Both the position numbers and the translations under genes were made by a program. Positions 1 to 11,919 of a stretch of 64,000 nt of DNA are shown here, piece by piece; within the stretch, counting starts at the first letter, position 1; each line of letters begins with the position of its first letter. The DNA is from Tubulanus polymorphus. Lineage: Eukaryota > Animalia > Nemertea. The notes under the pieces were generated by a model. That model was not told the origin of the DNA and searched no databases. It saw nothing but the letters and a program-made list of their open reading frames with translations. The DNA lies in contig NC_134028.1 in assembly GCF_964204645.1 (NCBI RefSeq), positions 20,642,345-20,706,344 on the forward strand, written 5' to 3'.

Positions 1-632
1 ATACCTGACTGGTCACTGGTCAACATTCCTGACTTCTTGCCTTTTGGTGGAACGACGGCGAAGATGATAAAGGTGGCGCCAGGAGCTGGTCAATTATCGG
101 CGGCTACAAGTCCGGGACACAAAAGATGGCGGCTTTTGACAAAGTTGACTCCTGGAACAGATTGGGGGAAATTCTACCTATTTTAAATGGCATTTTCAAT
201 TATCACTCTATCTACTTTGCTAGTACGCCTATTATCATATTGTAAAAATGAAATGTATATCTGCAAAATAGTTAAGCCGTTAATTTTGATTGGCCGAGGG
301 TATGGGATTGATAACAAAAATGGTTAAAGAATAATTCTAAAACCCATAAAATCCCGAGGAAAACTATTTACATGGGATGGACAGAACTTGGAAAGTTGTT
401 GTAGGAAGTCTATATTCGGGATTGGAAACTTCCGAGGAATCCTCAGATGATTGGATTCGAACCGTTTACGGTATGTTCCATTGCGCATGTCTATTGCACG
501 CGACAGAACAATAATCTCCCGTTCGATATGGCTTCGATGTTTGACGTGAAAGATGAAACTAGGAAAAGATTTTCATATTTGAGTGTTTTGCGAGTTGATA
601 TCGATATTGTTTATAGGTAATTCGATTTTCAG

Positions 633-1304
633 ACTTATTTCCCGTTCGCATTGCTTTGTGGGAGATTTTATAACAGTTGATTTACAGTCGGGCTCAGTTA
701 AACCTCGTCTTAAAAGAGAAACCACTGTCACAGTATTTAATACCGGCCGGACGCCTTCAGGTTTAATTCACTCGTCTGTCAGAAATATCTCAGCGAACAA
801 GAATGTAAAAAATGGCGTTCGTTGCCGTACAGCCAGACACAGCTGTTAGCGACAGCTGGAAGACACGCCCACACATCGGTCACACCTACAGGTATCAGCT
901 CTCTTACTGAACATGTCAAGTTGAAAGTTATATCTTTTTTTCTGGCGTTTCTAAACTGCTTAATTTGTTTTTTTCTTATCCAGATGAACCGAATTACTTG
1001 TTATTGTTGGGATTGGGGTCTCATGCAGTTGTTTGAGTGGAGGACTGGGAACCAAGAGGTCCCTAGATCGAAACCACCTGGCGTTGGCTGTCGAGACACA
1101 TGCATGGACTCAGCTCTGGTTACTCTGTCAGGTTGTGAGCCTTAACAACCTATAAAAAGGCCTTGGTCGTCTCTTAAGAACCACTAGGGTTACAGTGGTA
1201 CTAGCTGCTGGGACGAAAAACTCTTCTTATTACATGCTAGGTGGCGTTACGGCAATATAAACTTGTCCTATGTATTGGACACCGTCTGAAACAACTGGAA
1301 GCTC
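633..1304 (+). pseudogene. Degenerate N-terminal exons of a class B (secretin-family) GPCR, SINE-disrupted
   Basis: Homologous to the better-preserved copy at 33219-33721 (YLSEQEC..WR exon; ..LGGVT..TCP.YWTPS exon ending in a GTAAGT donor at 1305). Frameshifted and carries an insertion. Confidence 0.6.
1014..1231 (+). mobile_element. Putative tRNA-derived SINE inserted in the GPCR hormone-binding exon
   Basis: ~215 nt absent from the 33592-33721 copy of the exon; B-box-like GATCGAAACC and a TCTTCTTATT end. Same insertion at ~23821-24033, ~25153-25372 and ~52396-52616. Confidence 0.5.
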
Positions 1305-1580
1305 GTAAGTATCACCTGCTAAGAGGTTCCCGGGTACTTGTAAGTAATATCCGCACACCCCTTTCTGGAGAACTGTAAACTGCGAATCGTCAATGAAATC
1401 AATACATCACTAAATTCATTTCTAATGCCAAAAGAATTATTTATTTGTATTTTCAAGCACTGATACAAATTTGAATCGTATAGAACAAGGAAACGCGAAA
1501 CCTACAGAATTAGAACATACATCTTCTAGTATAATGCGATGCCGGTCAAATTATCCATCATTTCTAAATACTTTTTCTTT

Positions 1581-2112
1581 CTAGTTTTCTTTATTTTTTT
1601 TCAATGCATTTTTCAGAGATTTCAAATTGTTTCTTAGATCTTTGGCATTTTTTCTTACGTAATCGATAATCAGCGATTTGCCTTGTTTTGACTGAAATAC
1701 TTTCGCCAAAACGCTAGGTAGTTGTGAACCTTTTAACTTTAGATCGTCCAAGATCTTGCTGTTGACGATAGTTTCGCAATCTAATTTGCTCAGTGGTCCC
1801 GATATGGCCTTGCCGTAATGTTCGACAGCAAGAGATGATACCTGTCGATGAAACCAAACACATAATTGAAACTGCTATTTCCCGGAAAGCCCTTTAAATA
1901 CAATACTGAGATTATAAGAATATTAAGAGGTTATAGTGAGTGTAGCTGCGATGGATTAACACACGTGATAGGATTGAAAAAACGCTTTTTGACTATACGG
2001 CGTTTTCTCTTTATAGACAGATATTTACCTTGCGACATGTGCTTTCATCAATGGCATCGGTTGAAACCCAGAAAACGGCCAGAAAAACCACCAAAAAACT
2101 GATCAATTTCAT
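1581..2112 (-). CDS. Secreted helical protein (SHP) copy 1, intact, 114 aa
   Basis: Coding exons 2112-2029 (MKLISFLVVFLAVFWVSTDAIDESTCRK, GTAAAT donor) and 1841-1581 (VSSLAVEHYGKAISGPLSKLDCETIVNSKILDDLKLKGSQLPSVLAKVFQSKQGKSLIIDYVRKNAKDLRNNLKSLKNALKKNKEN*), joined by a phase-0 GT-AG intron. Signal peptide; AATAAA at ~1444-1439. Confidence 0.8.
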
Positions 2113-2229
2113 AATGTCTCCGGAAAACTGTAATCAGATCATAGAAATAGAGACTGGTTTCCGGCAGTGTCAGAACTGGAGACTGGTCCCCAGCTGTTTC
2201 AGAACTACAGATATCATGAGTGATCTTAC

Positions 2230-2314
2230 CTGTTTAATGTGTGTTGAGATTTAACGTGATATCAAAGCGACTGACGAATGTTTCAGTTGTCGATTGAATC
2301 ATGCGAGTTTTATA
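2230..2314 (-). promoter_or_regulatory. SHP TATA box and non-coding first exon
   Basis: TATAAAA on the minus strand at 2314-2308; CAG|GTAAGA donor at 2230/2229; acceptor TGATTACAG ~15 nt before the ATG. The same arrangement is found upstream of other SHP copies. Confidence 0.6.
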
Positions 2315-2964
2315 CATATTTTGGGCTGAATAATATTTGATCAGAAGTTGCTGAACGGCTTCACATTAAACATCCCACTCAGTAGATCTAATACCAACTA
2401 TTTACAGGATCGAGATTCGATTATTTCTGCTTTGTTTAATCTGTCTGCATCTGTTTTTCTACTGTATATTGCTGGAAATTTGAAGGACAATGGAGGTTTT
2501 ACATTTTCAATCCACAATTCCACAAAAGAGTCAAACTTATTGATAATAAACTCATTTTAACTAAACCCATAAAAGATAAACTCATTTTAACTCTTGAGTC
2601 AAATTCAACTGAACTTAGGTACTTTGTCCAGCACAGTGTAAATGGATCCTAGAAACAAGTCTAGAAGTGTGGAACTTGGTCAAAAACTGTAGAAGTAGGT
2701 CCAGAACTGGATCTATTATGCGGCTTTCATGAATTATATTTATGGGCTTTCAGGAATATTATTGAGCTTCAGTTATTTCAGTTGTTAAACTATAGCAACA
2801 AGTTATGTACGGAAACTGAATTTCATGGCCAGTGTTGCTATTATCAGACAACCTGCGTTTATGCTTGCGTCACACGTAACAATAACAGTAAGAAGATTTT
2901 AACAGAAACCCGATACTGGAGAAATGACACAACCGCAACACTGGTTAACATTAGCAACCATACC

Positions 2965-3295
2965 AGATCCACAACACTGTCGAAGTAGGCCTAGAAATGT
3001 GGACCTGGGTCCACAACTATGAAGTAGGTCCACAACTGTGAAACTGGGCCCACAACTGCAGAAGTAGGTTTAGAAGACAGTGTGGAACTGGGTAATCATG
3101 TCGAAGAAGGTCCAGATTACTGTGGACTGTAGAAGTATGTCCAGAAGTGTGGAACTGGGTCCACATATAGAAGTGGGTCTAGAAGTGTGGAATTGGGTCC
3201 ACAACTGTCGAATAGGTCCAGCACTGTATAACTGGATCGAAAACTGTAGAAGCAGGTCCAAAATCGTGTAACTGGATCCACAACTGTAGAAATAA
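2965..3295. repeat. Degenerate ~20-bp minisatellite upstream of the SHP promoter
   Basis: Tandem variants of GTGGAACTGGGTCCACAACT / GTAGAAGTAGGTCCAGAAGT. Confidence 0.8.
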
Positions 3296-4342
3296 ATCGA
3301 CGAGAAGTCTTTCAATTTGAAGAATGAAAGTTTTACATATTTGATGGGCGCTGTGATAACATATGGATTAGGGAGTCTAAAATTCAGTTCAAAGATTGAA
3401 AATGAACTTATTTTGACAGCGGAAACCTACTGCTCGTCAGGCCATCTGGTGGGATAGCAACTTTGTATGTACCTCAGTTATATATATATTGTACCTAGGT
3501 TATATTCAAATCCACCATTAATTATTCGTATCAATTAGATGACAATGATAGGTTTAATCAAATCCCCTCTCTATAGGAAACAATACAAGTCATGTCTAGA
3601 AGTTTCTGCCACATTTTGAATTTGCCGAAAATCTGCATGATTAAAAATTGCAAAAACGGGAGGGACTGAGGCAGTCTAGGGGTACCGTCTGACTAAGCCC
3701 CGGACGGTGTTGAGACAAAATTATGTTTAAACGCTGATATTTGAGTTCACACAGTTCACTTGTCCCTAACGCTAGCACGGTATATACCCCACGAGCAAAC
3801 AAGCGATCATTTAGACAAACGTCATATTGTGTTACAAGATTATTTCGTTAATCTTTTTCATTCGAACGAAATGTTTTCGTGGGAACGGCATTTTTTTCGT
3901 TCTAACGAAAAGTTCCTCGTGGGAACGACACGTTTTTCGTTCGAGCGAAATGCTTGTTTTTTGATGGTAGCCAATTTCCCCTAACCCCTTAATCTATGGA
4001 CGAGGTGGTTATACAGATTATCAAGGAGATCAGCGCCATTTGTCAGTCAAAGACCGATTCCGTGACTACCTAATATCCATTAAATCCTCCTAATATATGT
4101 TACTAACCCTTTATGTATAGAAAGTAGCCGAAATATTGTATGATTCTCATTTTGTTTCAATGATTACGTTGATTATAATGGAATGTTACCTGAATCGAGC
4201 ATAAGATTAACTACTTGTGGATCGATCACGCATTTGGAATTATAATCTAACACCCCAATGAAGTACCCCCCTTTAAAATCACGTGAGCACCGCCCTTTAC
4301 GTTCATGTCGAGAATTCCTTCTTGTAAGAATAAATAAGGATA

Positions 4343-4587
4343 ATAATATAAAATCCCATTAAAATATTCAAAAGACACGACGTTTCGATCTCACCCTAGA
4401 GATCATCGTCAGGTGTGACGATGATCACACCTGACGATGATCTCTAGGGTGAGATCGAAACGTCGTGTCTTTTAAATATTTTAGATTTAATAAATAAATT
4501 CTGGTTTTTAAATTCTTTTAATCAGTAAATAGTGGGATTTTATATTATTATCCGTTCAACACGTTTGAGTGTGGTCATCGTTCTATC
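4343..4587. mobile_element. Penelope-like element remnant with inverted terminal duplication
   Basis: Absent at the paralogous site (~28510-28530). Flanked by duplicated AAATAAGGATA (4332-4342, 4588-4598). 4361-4418 is the reverse complement of 4425-4482. Confidence 0.7.
4427..4468 (+). ncRNA. Minimal type I hammerhead ribozyme motif (inverted copy at 4375-4416, minus strand)
   Basis: ACAC-CUGACGA-U-GAUCUC(UAGGGU)GAGAUC-GAAA-CG-UC-GUGU: catalytic core boxes, perfect 6-bp stem II, 4-bp stem I and palindromic ACGU stem III. Confidence 0.65.
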
Positions 4588-5282
4588 AAATAAGGATATT
4601 TTTTCATCGTGTCACATCCGGGGGCAAGGCAGAGCATACTGTTGATATTACAACCAAACCCGAAATAAACCGCAATCTTTAAAATCACCTTCATTTCACC
4701 TTGAAAAACTGCATTATACAATCGCATTTCAACAGTTCCTGCATTTGCGCAGATTCTTTTACAGCAATATTGTTATTCAGAAAATCTAGACTATATTGCA
4801 GATCGAATTCGATCAGGCGCAAGATTGAATTCTACACTAGCTCTCAATCGAATAATTGTGTAATACAATGTGTAATCAGTTGTTATGACTTGCAACAGAA
4901 TATGACGTTTGTCTAAATGATCGTGTGTTTGATCACGGGATATATACCGTATATACCGTGTAAGCGTTAGGGGACACGTGAACTGTGTAAACTAAAATAC
5001 CAGTGTTAAAACATCACCTGCTAACAGGTTCGCGGGTACTTATCATCTGCCCACCGGTTTCTGGGGGAACTGTAAACTGCGAACCGTCAATGAAATCAAT
5101 ACATCACTACATTCATTTCTAATGCCGATTAAGAATTATTTTTTCGCATTTTCAAACATTGACACAAATTGTAATCGTATAGAACAAGGAAACGCGAAAC
5201 CTATAGAATTAGAACATAAATTTTCTAGTATGATAGAATGTTGCTCGAATTATCCATCATTTCCATGGCATTTTCTGGTTTT

Positions 5283-5827
5283 CTAGTTTCCCAGTTGTTT
5301 CAAGGCTGTTATCAAAGATTTCAAATTTTTTCTTTGATCTTTCACATTGTTTCTTGCGAAATCGATAAAGTTACAACAGTGTAAATCATGATTATAAGAA
5401 TACTAACATGTTATAAATAATTGGCACTATTTCCAGTCTTGAATATAATTGCGTAAAATATAGATGCGTAACAATATAGATCTTAAACAACAGTTATTAT
5501 TTGATTCTAACGTTTCGGGTTGAATACTTAAACCCATCTTCAGAGATTTGTTTCAGATACTGAGAGGTATTTCCGTTAATTCGACTTTCCATGAGGAATA
5601 TCAACTGCACGTTGGACCAAGGATGTTTGCAGACTTTAGGTTCATGAATGTAGCTGCGATGGATTAACTCTTCATATGACATACGATTGAAGAAACGCTT
5701 TGACGATACAGCGTTTCCTCTTTATAGGCAGATATTTATTTTCCTCGCTACATGTACTTTCATCAATGGCATCGGTTGAAACCCAGAAAACCGCCAGAAA
5801 AACTAACAAAAAACTGATCAATTTCAT
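5283..5827 (-). pseudogene. SHP copy 2, broken
   Basis: Signal exon present but its GT donor is lost (~5735-5743). The acceptor and most of the mature exon are deleted; only the C-terminal ~28 codons remain (5283-5367). Confidence 0.75.
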
Positions 5828-6369
5828 GTTGTCTCTGGAAAACTGCAATCAGATCATAGAAATAGAGACTGGTGTCCGGCAGTGTCAGAACTGGAGACTG
5901 GTCCCCGGCTGTTTCAGAACTACAGATATTACCTGTATGATGTGTGTTGAGATTTAACGTGCTGTTGAAGTGACTGACGAATGTCTCATTTTGTCGATTG
6001 AATTCTGCCAGTTTTATACATATTTTGGGATGAATAATATTTGATCAGAAGTTGCTGAACGATTTCACATTATATATCCCACTGAGTAGATTCAATTCCA
6101 ACTATTTACAGGATAGATTCGATTATTTTTGCTTTGTTTAATCTGTCTGCCCCTGTTTTTCTACTGTATATTGCTGGGAATTTGAGGGACGATGGAGGTT
6201 TTACATTTTTCATCCTCACATTAATAAAATCTTGTAAAAGGCTTGTTTATGAACTGTATATTCAAATATTAACCAAATTGCATCCGGTTCCACAGTTCCA
6301 CAATTCCACAATAAATCTAGTAATTGAAAATGAACTCATTTCAACTCTTGACTCAAGTAAAACCAAACT

Positions 6370-6900
6370 TAAGAACTTTGTCCAGGGCTGTGGAACTGGT
6401 TCCTAAGTAAGCAAGTCCTGAAGTGTGAAAAACTGTAGAATAAAATATAGGTCCAAAACACGGTGTATCTGGATCAACAACTGTAGAAGTAGGTCATGAA
6501 GTGTGGAACTTGGTACACAACTGTAAAAGTAGGTCCAGAACAATGGAACTGCGTCGACAACTGAAGAAAGTAGGTCCAGAATTGTGGAACTTGCTCTACA
6601 ACTGTAGAAACATGTCCAAAACTGTGGAACTGGATCCAAAACCGTAGAATGGGCCCAGTACGGAACTAGGTCGACAAGAAAGGAAGGTGCATTCCTGTGG
6701 AACTCGTTCCAAAAATTAGGTCTACACCAAGACTGTGGAACCGGGACAACTGTACTAAGAAAGTTTTCAGAACTTGGTCCAAAACTGTGGAAATGGATCC
6801 AAAACTGTGGAAATGGATCTAGTTTTATGTAACTTGGCCCAGGAGTATCGAACTGAAAACTGTGAAAAACTGCGGGATTGGCTCTCTTGGAAAAGTTCGA
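6370..6900. repeat. Degenerate ~20-bp minisatellite
   Basis: Same GTGGAACT/GGTCCA motif family, upstream of SHP copy 2. Confidence 0.8.
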
Positions 6901-8909
6901 AGTTTTGACATAAGAATCTATTCTATATCGTGTGTTTTCTGTATATGCAGTTGAAATTTACGCGATCTTGTTCAATTCAATTTGGGGAAAATCGGCGAAA
7001 AAACTAATTACGCCAAACGTTTTAACAGTCGTAAATATCAATAAAATCATTGATTGTATTGATCAGGAGTTAGGTTCTATTCAAACCGACTATTGATTAT
7101 TCGTAGATGATGGCTTTGATCAGATACCCTCTATAGGAATCATCCAAGTCATGTGTAAAAGTTTCTGCGACATTTTGATTTGCCCGAAAGAATCTGCATG
7201 ATAAAAATTCTTAACTTGAGAAAATCTAAAGAATTTTTAACTGTATGACAGTCTAGGGGTACCGTCTGACTACGCCGCGGACGGTGTTAAGACGAAATAA
7301 TCTTCTGACGCTGAAATTTGAATTTACACAGTTCACAAAATAAAGAATAATAAAAATGAAAAAAATAATAATAACTTGTCCGTAGCCCGAACAGACAGAG
7401 TATCATCAAACACACGACCATTCAAACTTATTGTATTGCAAGGCCGCACTTATTACACATTGTTTTCGATTATACTATGACCCCGATAGCTGGTGTAGAA
7501 TTCGACCTTGTTCCTGATTGCGCTCGATCAGTAAAAATAGTCTATATTTTCTGAATCACAAAATTTGTATTTAAAAATGCGGAAAGGCGATTGTATAATG
7601 CAATTTTTCAAGGTGAAATGAAGTTGATTTTAAAGATTGCGGTTTATGTCGGGTTTGGTTGTGGTTTTTTTTAACTTTTGTCCGATCGAAATGTTTTGCG
7701 ACGTAGAAACTAAATAATTTTTTCGTGGAAACGAAAATGTGTGACATGGTGGAAAATATTGTAACAAACTAAACACTGTGTTTCTAACTAAACACTGTGG
7801 GTTAGGATCAGAAGAAGAGGTTTGGGGTGTCTTGCCCATTACTCGCACTCCTAATTAAGGCACAGACACTCCACCGTTGCACGGATAGCGGGAAGCTCGT
7901 AACTAGTTATAATCATGTGTGTGATTAGCGAATTAGTAGATCTTATTCAAATCCTAACATAACGCTCAAAGCGATATTAGCCCCAACTCAATTGTTCTTA
8001 CCCCCAAGCCTTCTAAAAAGCCTTCGCAAAATTACCCCTCAGACAATAACCCTTCGCAAAATGAGCCCCAAAAATAACACCTCACCTTCAAATTGCTCCA
8101 GAGTAACAACCCCCAGGCAACTCATGGAGATTGCCAACCCCCTTACTCCAGTAGGCGGGGGGATTTTTATTCTTACAATGAGGAATGCTACAATTTTTGA
8201 CTCGAATGATACATGTATGAACGTTAAGGGCTATGGTCATGTGATTTTCGAGGGGTATTCCTGATTGGGGTGTTAAACTTAATACTATAATTCCAAATTC
8301 GTAATCGACCCACTAGTAGTTGATGCTGGGTTCAGGTAACATTCTGTTATAACCAACTTATTAAATATGACGAAATGAGAATCATACAATTATTCTACTA
8401 CTTTCTATACATAAAGGGTTAGTAACATATATTAGGAGGATAAATGGATATTAGGTTGTCACGGAATTGGTCTTTTACTGACAAATGGCACTGATCTCTT
8501 TTATAATCTGTTTGACCCCCCTCCATGGAGTCAGGGGTCAGGCGGAATGCCTCCTATTAAAACATATTTCGTTAGAACGAAAAAAGTGTCGTCCCCACGA
8601 AAACATTTTGTTCGAAATGAATGAATGAAGAATGAAAAGATTAACGATATGATCTTGCAATACAACGTGTCGTTTAGTCTGAATGGCCGTTTGTTTGTTC
8701 ATGGGATATACACTGCGTTAGCGTTAGGGACAAGTGACCTGTATGAACTCAAATATCAGCGTTATTAAAATATAATTTTGTCTCAACACCAGTTGTCTCA
8801 ACAATTGGCGTAATTAGTTTTTTCACCAAATTGAGCAAGTTCTCGTCGATTTAACTGCGAATACAGAAAATGCACAATATCGAATAGCTTTTTAATTCAA
8901 AACTTTTTC

Positions 8910-9655
8910 AGGTTGAGACCCAATTCTGCAGTCACATAGTTCCGCATTTCTTGACCAAGTTCCATAAAACTAGATCCAGTTCCACAGTATACCGCTCCAT
9001 AGTTCTGGGTCCATTTCCGCAGTTGTTGACCAAGTTCCATAGTTCTGCATGGAACTTGCAATTGTAGACCAAGTTACCCTGTTCTGAGACCTACGTCCAT
9101 AGTTGTGGTCCCAGTTCCACAGTTGTGGACGTACCTTTACAGTTGTGAACCCAGTTCCACAGTTCTGGGCCTACTTCACTTGTGGATCCAGTCCCAGTTC
9201 TGGACCTACTCCTACAGTTTTGGATCCAGTTCCACAGTTTTGGACCTGCTTATACAGTTGAAGAACCAGTTCCACATTGTGGACCTAATTCTATAGTTGC
9301 AGAGCTAATTCCTCAGTTCGGGTCATATATCTACAGTTATGGACCCAGTTCAAAATTTCTGGATCTACATCTACAGTTATGGACCCGGTCAAAACTTCTG
9401 GATCTAATTCTACAGTTGTGGACCCAGTTCAAAACTTCTGGACCTACATTACAGTGTGTGGACCTTGTTACACAGTCCTGGTCCTACTTCTTGAATTGTG
9501 GACACAGTTCCAAACTTCTGGACCTATACTTATTCAGAAAGTTGTGAATCAAGATCTAAGTGTGCTGGGCATACTTCGGCAGCTTTGGACCCAGTTCAAC
9601 ACTTCTGGACTTGCTTATCTAGGGTCTAATTCCACAGTCCTGGACAAAGTTCGGT
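8910..9655. repeat. Degenerate ~20-bp minisatellite, inverted orientation
   Basis: AGTTGTGGACCCAGTTCCAC variants upstream of plus-strand SHP copy 3. Confidence 0.8.
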
Positions 9656-10194
9656 TGAATTTGATTCAAGGGTTAAAATGGATTCATTTTCGTCAAGTCG
9701 ACTCTTCTGTGGAATTGTGGAACCGGGCGAAGTTTGGTTAATATTTGAATCTACAGTTCATATTAAGTCTTTTACAGGATTTTATTTCATTGTGTGGATG
9801 AAAAATGTACAACCTCCATCGTACTTCAAATTTCCAGCAACGACTGTAAACAAATCACACAGATTAAACATGGCAAAAATAATCGAATCGATCCTGTAAA
9901 TAGTTGGAATCAAATCTATAGTACAGTGAAGTGCTAATTCCGAGGCCGTTCAGCAACTTCTGTTTAAATATTATTCAGCCCAATGTATGTACAAAACTCG
10001 CAAGATTTAATCGACAAAATGAAACATTCGTCGGTCGCTTCAACAGCACGTTAAATCTCAACACACATCATACAGGTAAGATCATTTACGCAAAATATCC
10101 ATGTTCTGGCAAAGTCGGGAACCAGTCTCTTGTTCTGGCTTAGCCGGGAACCAGTCTCTATTTCAATGATTTGATTGCAGTTTTTGGAAACAAC

Positions 10195-10927
10195 ATGAAA
10201 TTGATAAGTTTTTTGGTGATTTTTGTGGCGGTTTTCTGGGTTTCAACCGATGCCATATATGAAAGTACACGTAGCAAGGTAAATATATGTCCATGGTGAG
10301 GAAACGCCGTTTGTTAATCGTCGAAGCATTTCGTCAATAATGATCCAATAATCGTAGCTTAACTTATGAACCTAAAGTCTACAAACCTCATTGGTCCTAT
10401 GTGCAGTTGATATTCCTCATGGAAAGACGAATTAACAGAAATAACTCTCGGTATCTGAAACAAATCTCTGAATATGGGTTGAAGTATCCCACCCCAAACG
10501 TTAGAATGAAATAGTAGCTGTTGTTTTGGATCTATATTGTGGGTTTTTACGTAATTCAAGACTGGAAAAAGTCGCAATTATTTATAACCTCTTAGTATTC
10601 TTATAATAGCGATTATCAGTGTTGTATTTGAAAGGTTCACCAAAGAAAAAGCATTTTCAATTGTGTTTGTTTGATTGGCAGGCATCATCTCGTCCTTTCG
10701 AGTGTTACGGCAAGGCCATATCGGGACCACAGAGCAAATTGAATTGCAAGTCTATCGTCAAACGCGATATCAAGCACCTACCAGGTCGACAAGGTGACTC
10801 TTCGCCGAGGGTCTTCAATTCTAGAAAGGGCAGCTCGCTGACTAATGATTTCGCAAGAAACAATGTGAAAGATCTAAGAAAAAATTTTAGATCTTCGAGA
10901 ACAGGCTTGAAACAAATGAGAAACTAG
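10195..10927 (+). CDS. SHP copy 3, intact, Arg-rich variant, 109 aa
   Basis: Exons 10195-10278 (MKLISFLVIFVAVFWVSTDAIYESTRSK) and 10682-10927 (ASSRPFECYGKAISGPQSKLNCKSIVKRDIKHLPG...KQMRN*); canonical GT-AG, in frame. Confidence 0.7.
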
Positions 10928-11919
10928 AAAACTAGAAAATGCCACGGAAATGATGGATAATTCGAGCAACATTCTATCATACTAGAAGATCTATGTTCTA
11001 ATTCTAATTCAGTTCTAGGTTTCGGGTTTCCTTGTTCTATACGATTCAAATTTGTGTCAATTATTTGTTTATAAATGCAAATAGATAATTCTAGTCGGCA
11101 TAAAATGAATGTAGTGATGTATTGATTTCATTGACGGTTCGCAGTTTGCAGTGCCCCCGGAAACCGGTGGGCAGATGAAACGAGTTCCCAGTTGTTCCAG
11201 ACGGTGTCCAATGCACGGGAAAGGTTTTTTCAAGTGAAGCATTACGGGTAAGGGAGTTAGTGGGTCGATATCCTATACCAAAATTGACTAGACCAACCAA
11301 TAAAAGTAAATGGGAGATTTTGAATGAAGCCTGAGGATAATTCCACCAAATCTATATCAATAATTAGCTGGCCAGACAAGGAAGTGAATTTCCGTCACGA
11401 AGTATAGCTGTTTAATATTAACTTAGTTTAATTTCAACTCTCTAAATTGCGAGGGATCCTGCCAATGATTACATACGTAAGTATTTGGACCAGGACGGCA
11501 TTGAGAATCTTCAACTTTTGATAACACATGAGGACAGTTGATGGCTTAGTTCGGCATACTCAGATATTAAACCAGATCACCAAAGTGATACTGATGGGAC
11601 TAGTTTCATTGTACCTATCGTTTCGACTCTTAATCATCAGGCCTTTCCTGAATGAAATGAACTTTCTCCAAATATCCCTATCAGAGAAGGAAAAAGTTAT
11701 CATCGGGAAAACTAGGCGTTCGCGCGATCACTATCGTTATTTGGGAGATGAAGGCATAGGTTGTACATTAATTTAGTTATTCATCGTGTCAGTTCATACT
11801 AAGAAGAAAGATACTCACAGGATAAAGAAATTGAAAGAAAAAACAGAAATGTTACATGATTACAAATGGACCAATACTATAATAACACAATCGATACAAA
11901 AAACATAATGGGTTTGTTG

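Noticed and set aside
1581-2112. Assigning SHP to saposin-like proteins or nemertean cytolysin A-III/parborlysins
   Set aside because: Those families have about six Cys with different spacing; SHP has two and no motif I can align by eye.
7992-8264. 90-aa Pro/Thr-rich ORF (paralogue 36911-37114)
   Set aside because: Arises from short AATTACCCC-like repeats typical of transposon ends; start and frame differ between copies.
8910-9741. CRISPR-like array, or proteins from the DPVPQFW/VVDP-rich ORFs (also ~3070, 6403, 27192, 29504, 35398, 38059, 54397, 55495, 59944)
   Set aside because: Contiguous degenerate ~20-bp units without unique spacers or cas genes in a eukaryotic context; ORFs occur in several frames and frames are not conserved between copies.
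10619-10927. ORF-track N-termini MLYLKGSPKKKHF... / MYLKDLPRKSIF... (also 33997, 39417, 58450, 61325)
   Set aside because: These are read-throughs of intron sequence upstream of the AG acceptor; the real start is in the signal exon.
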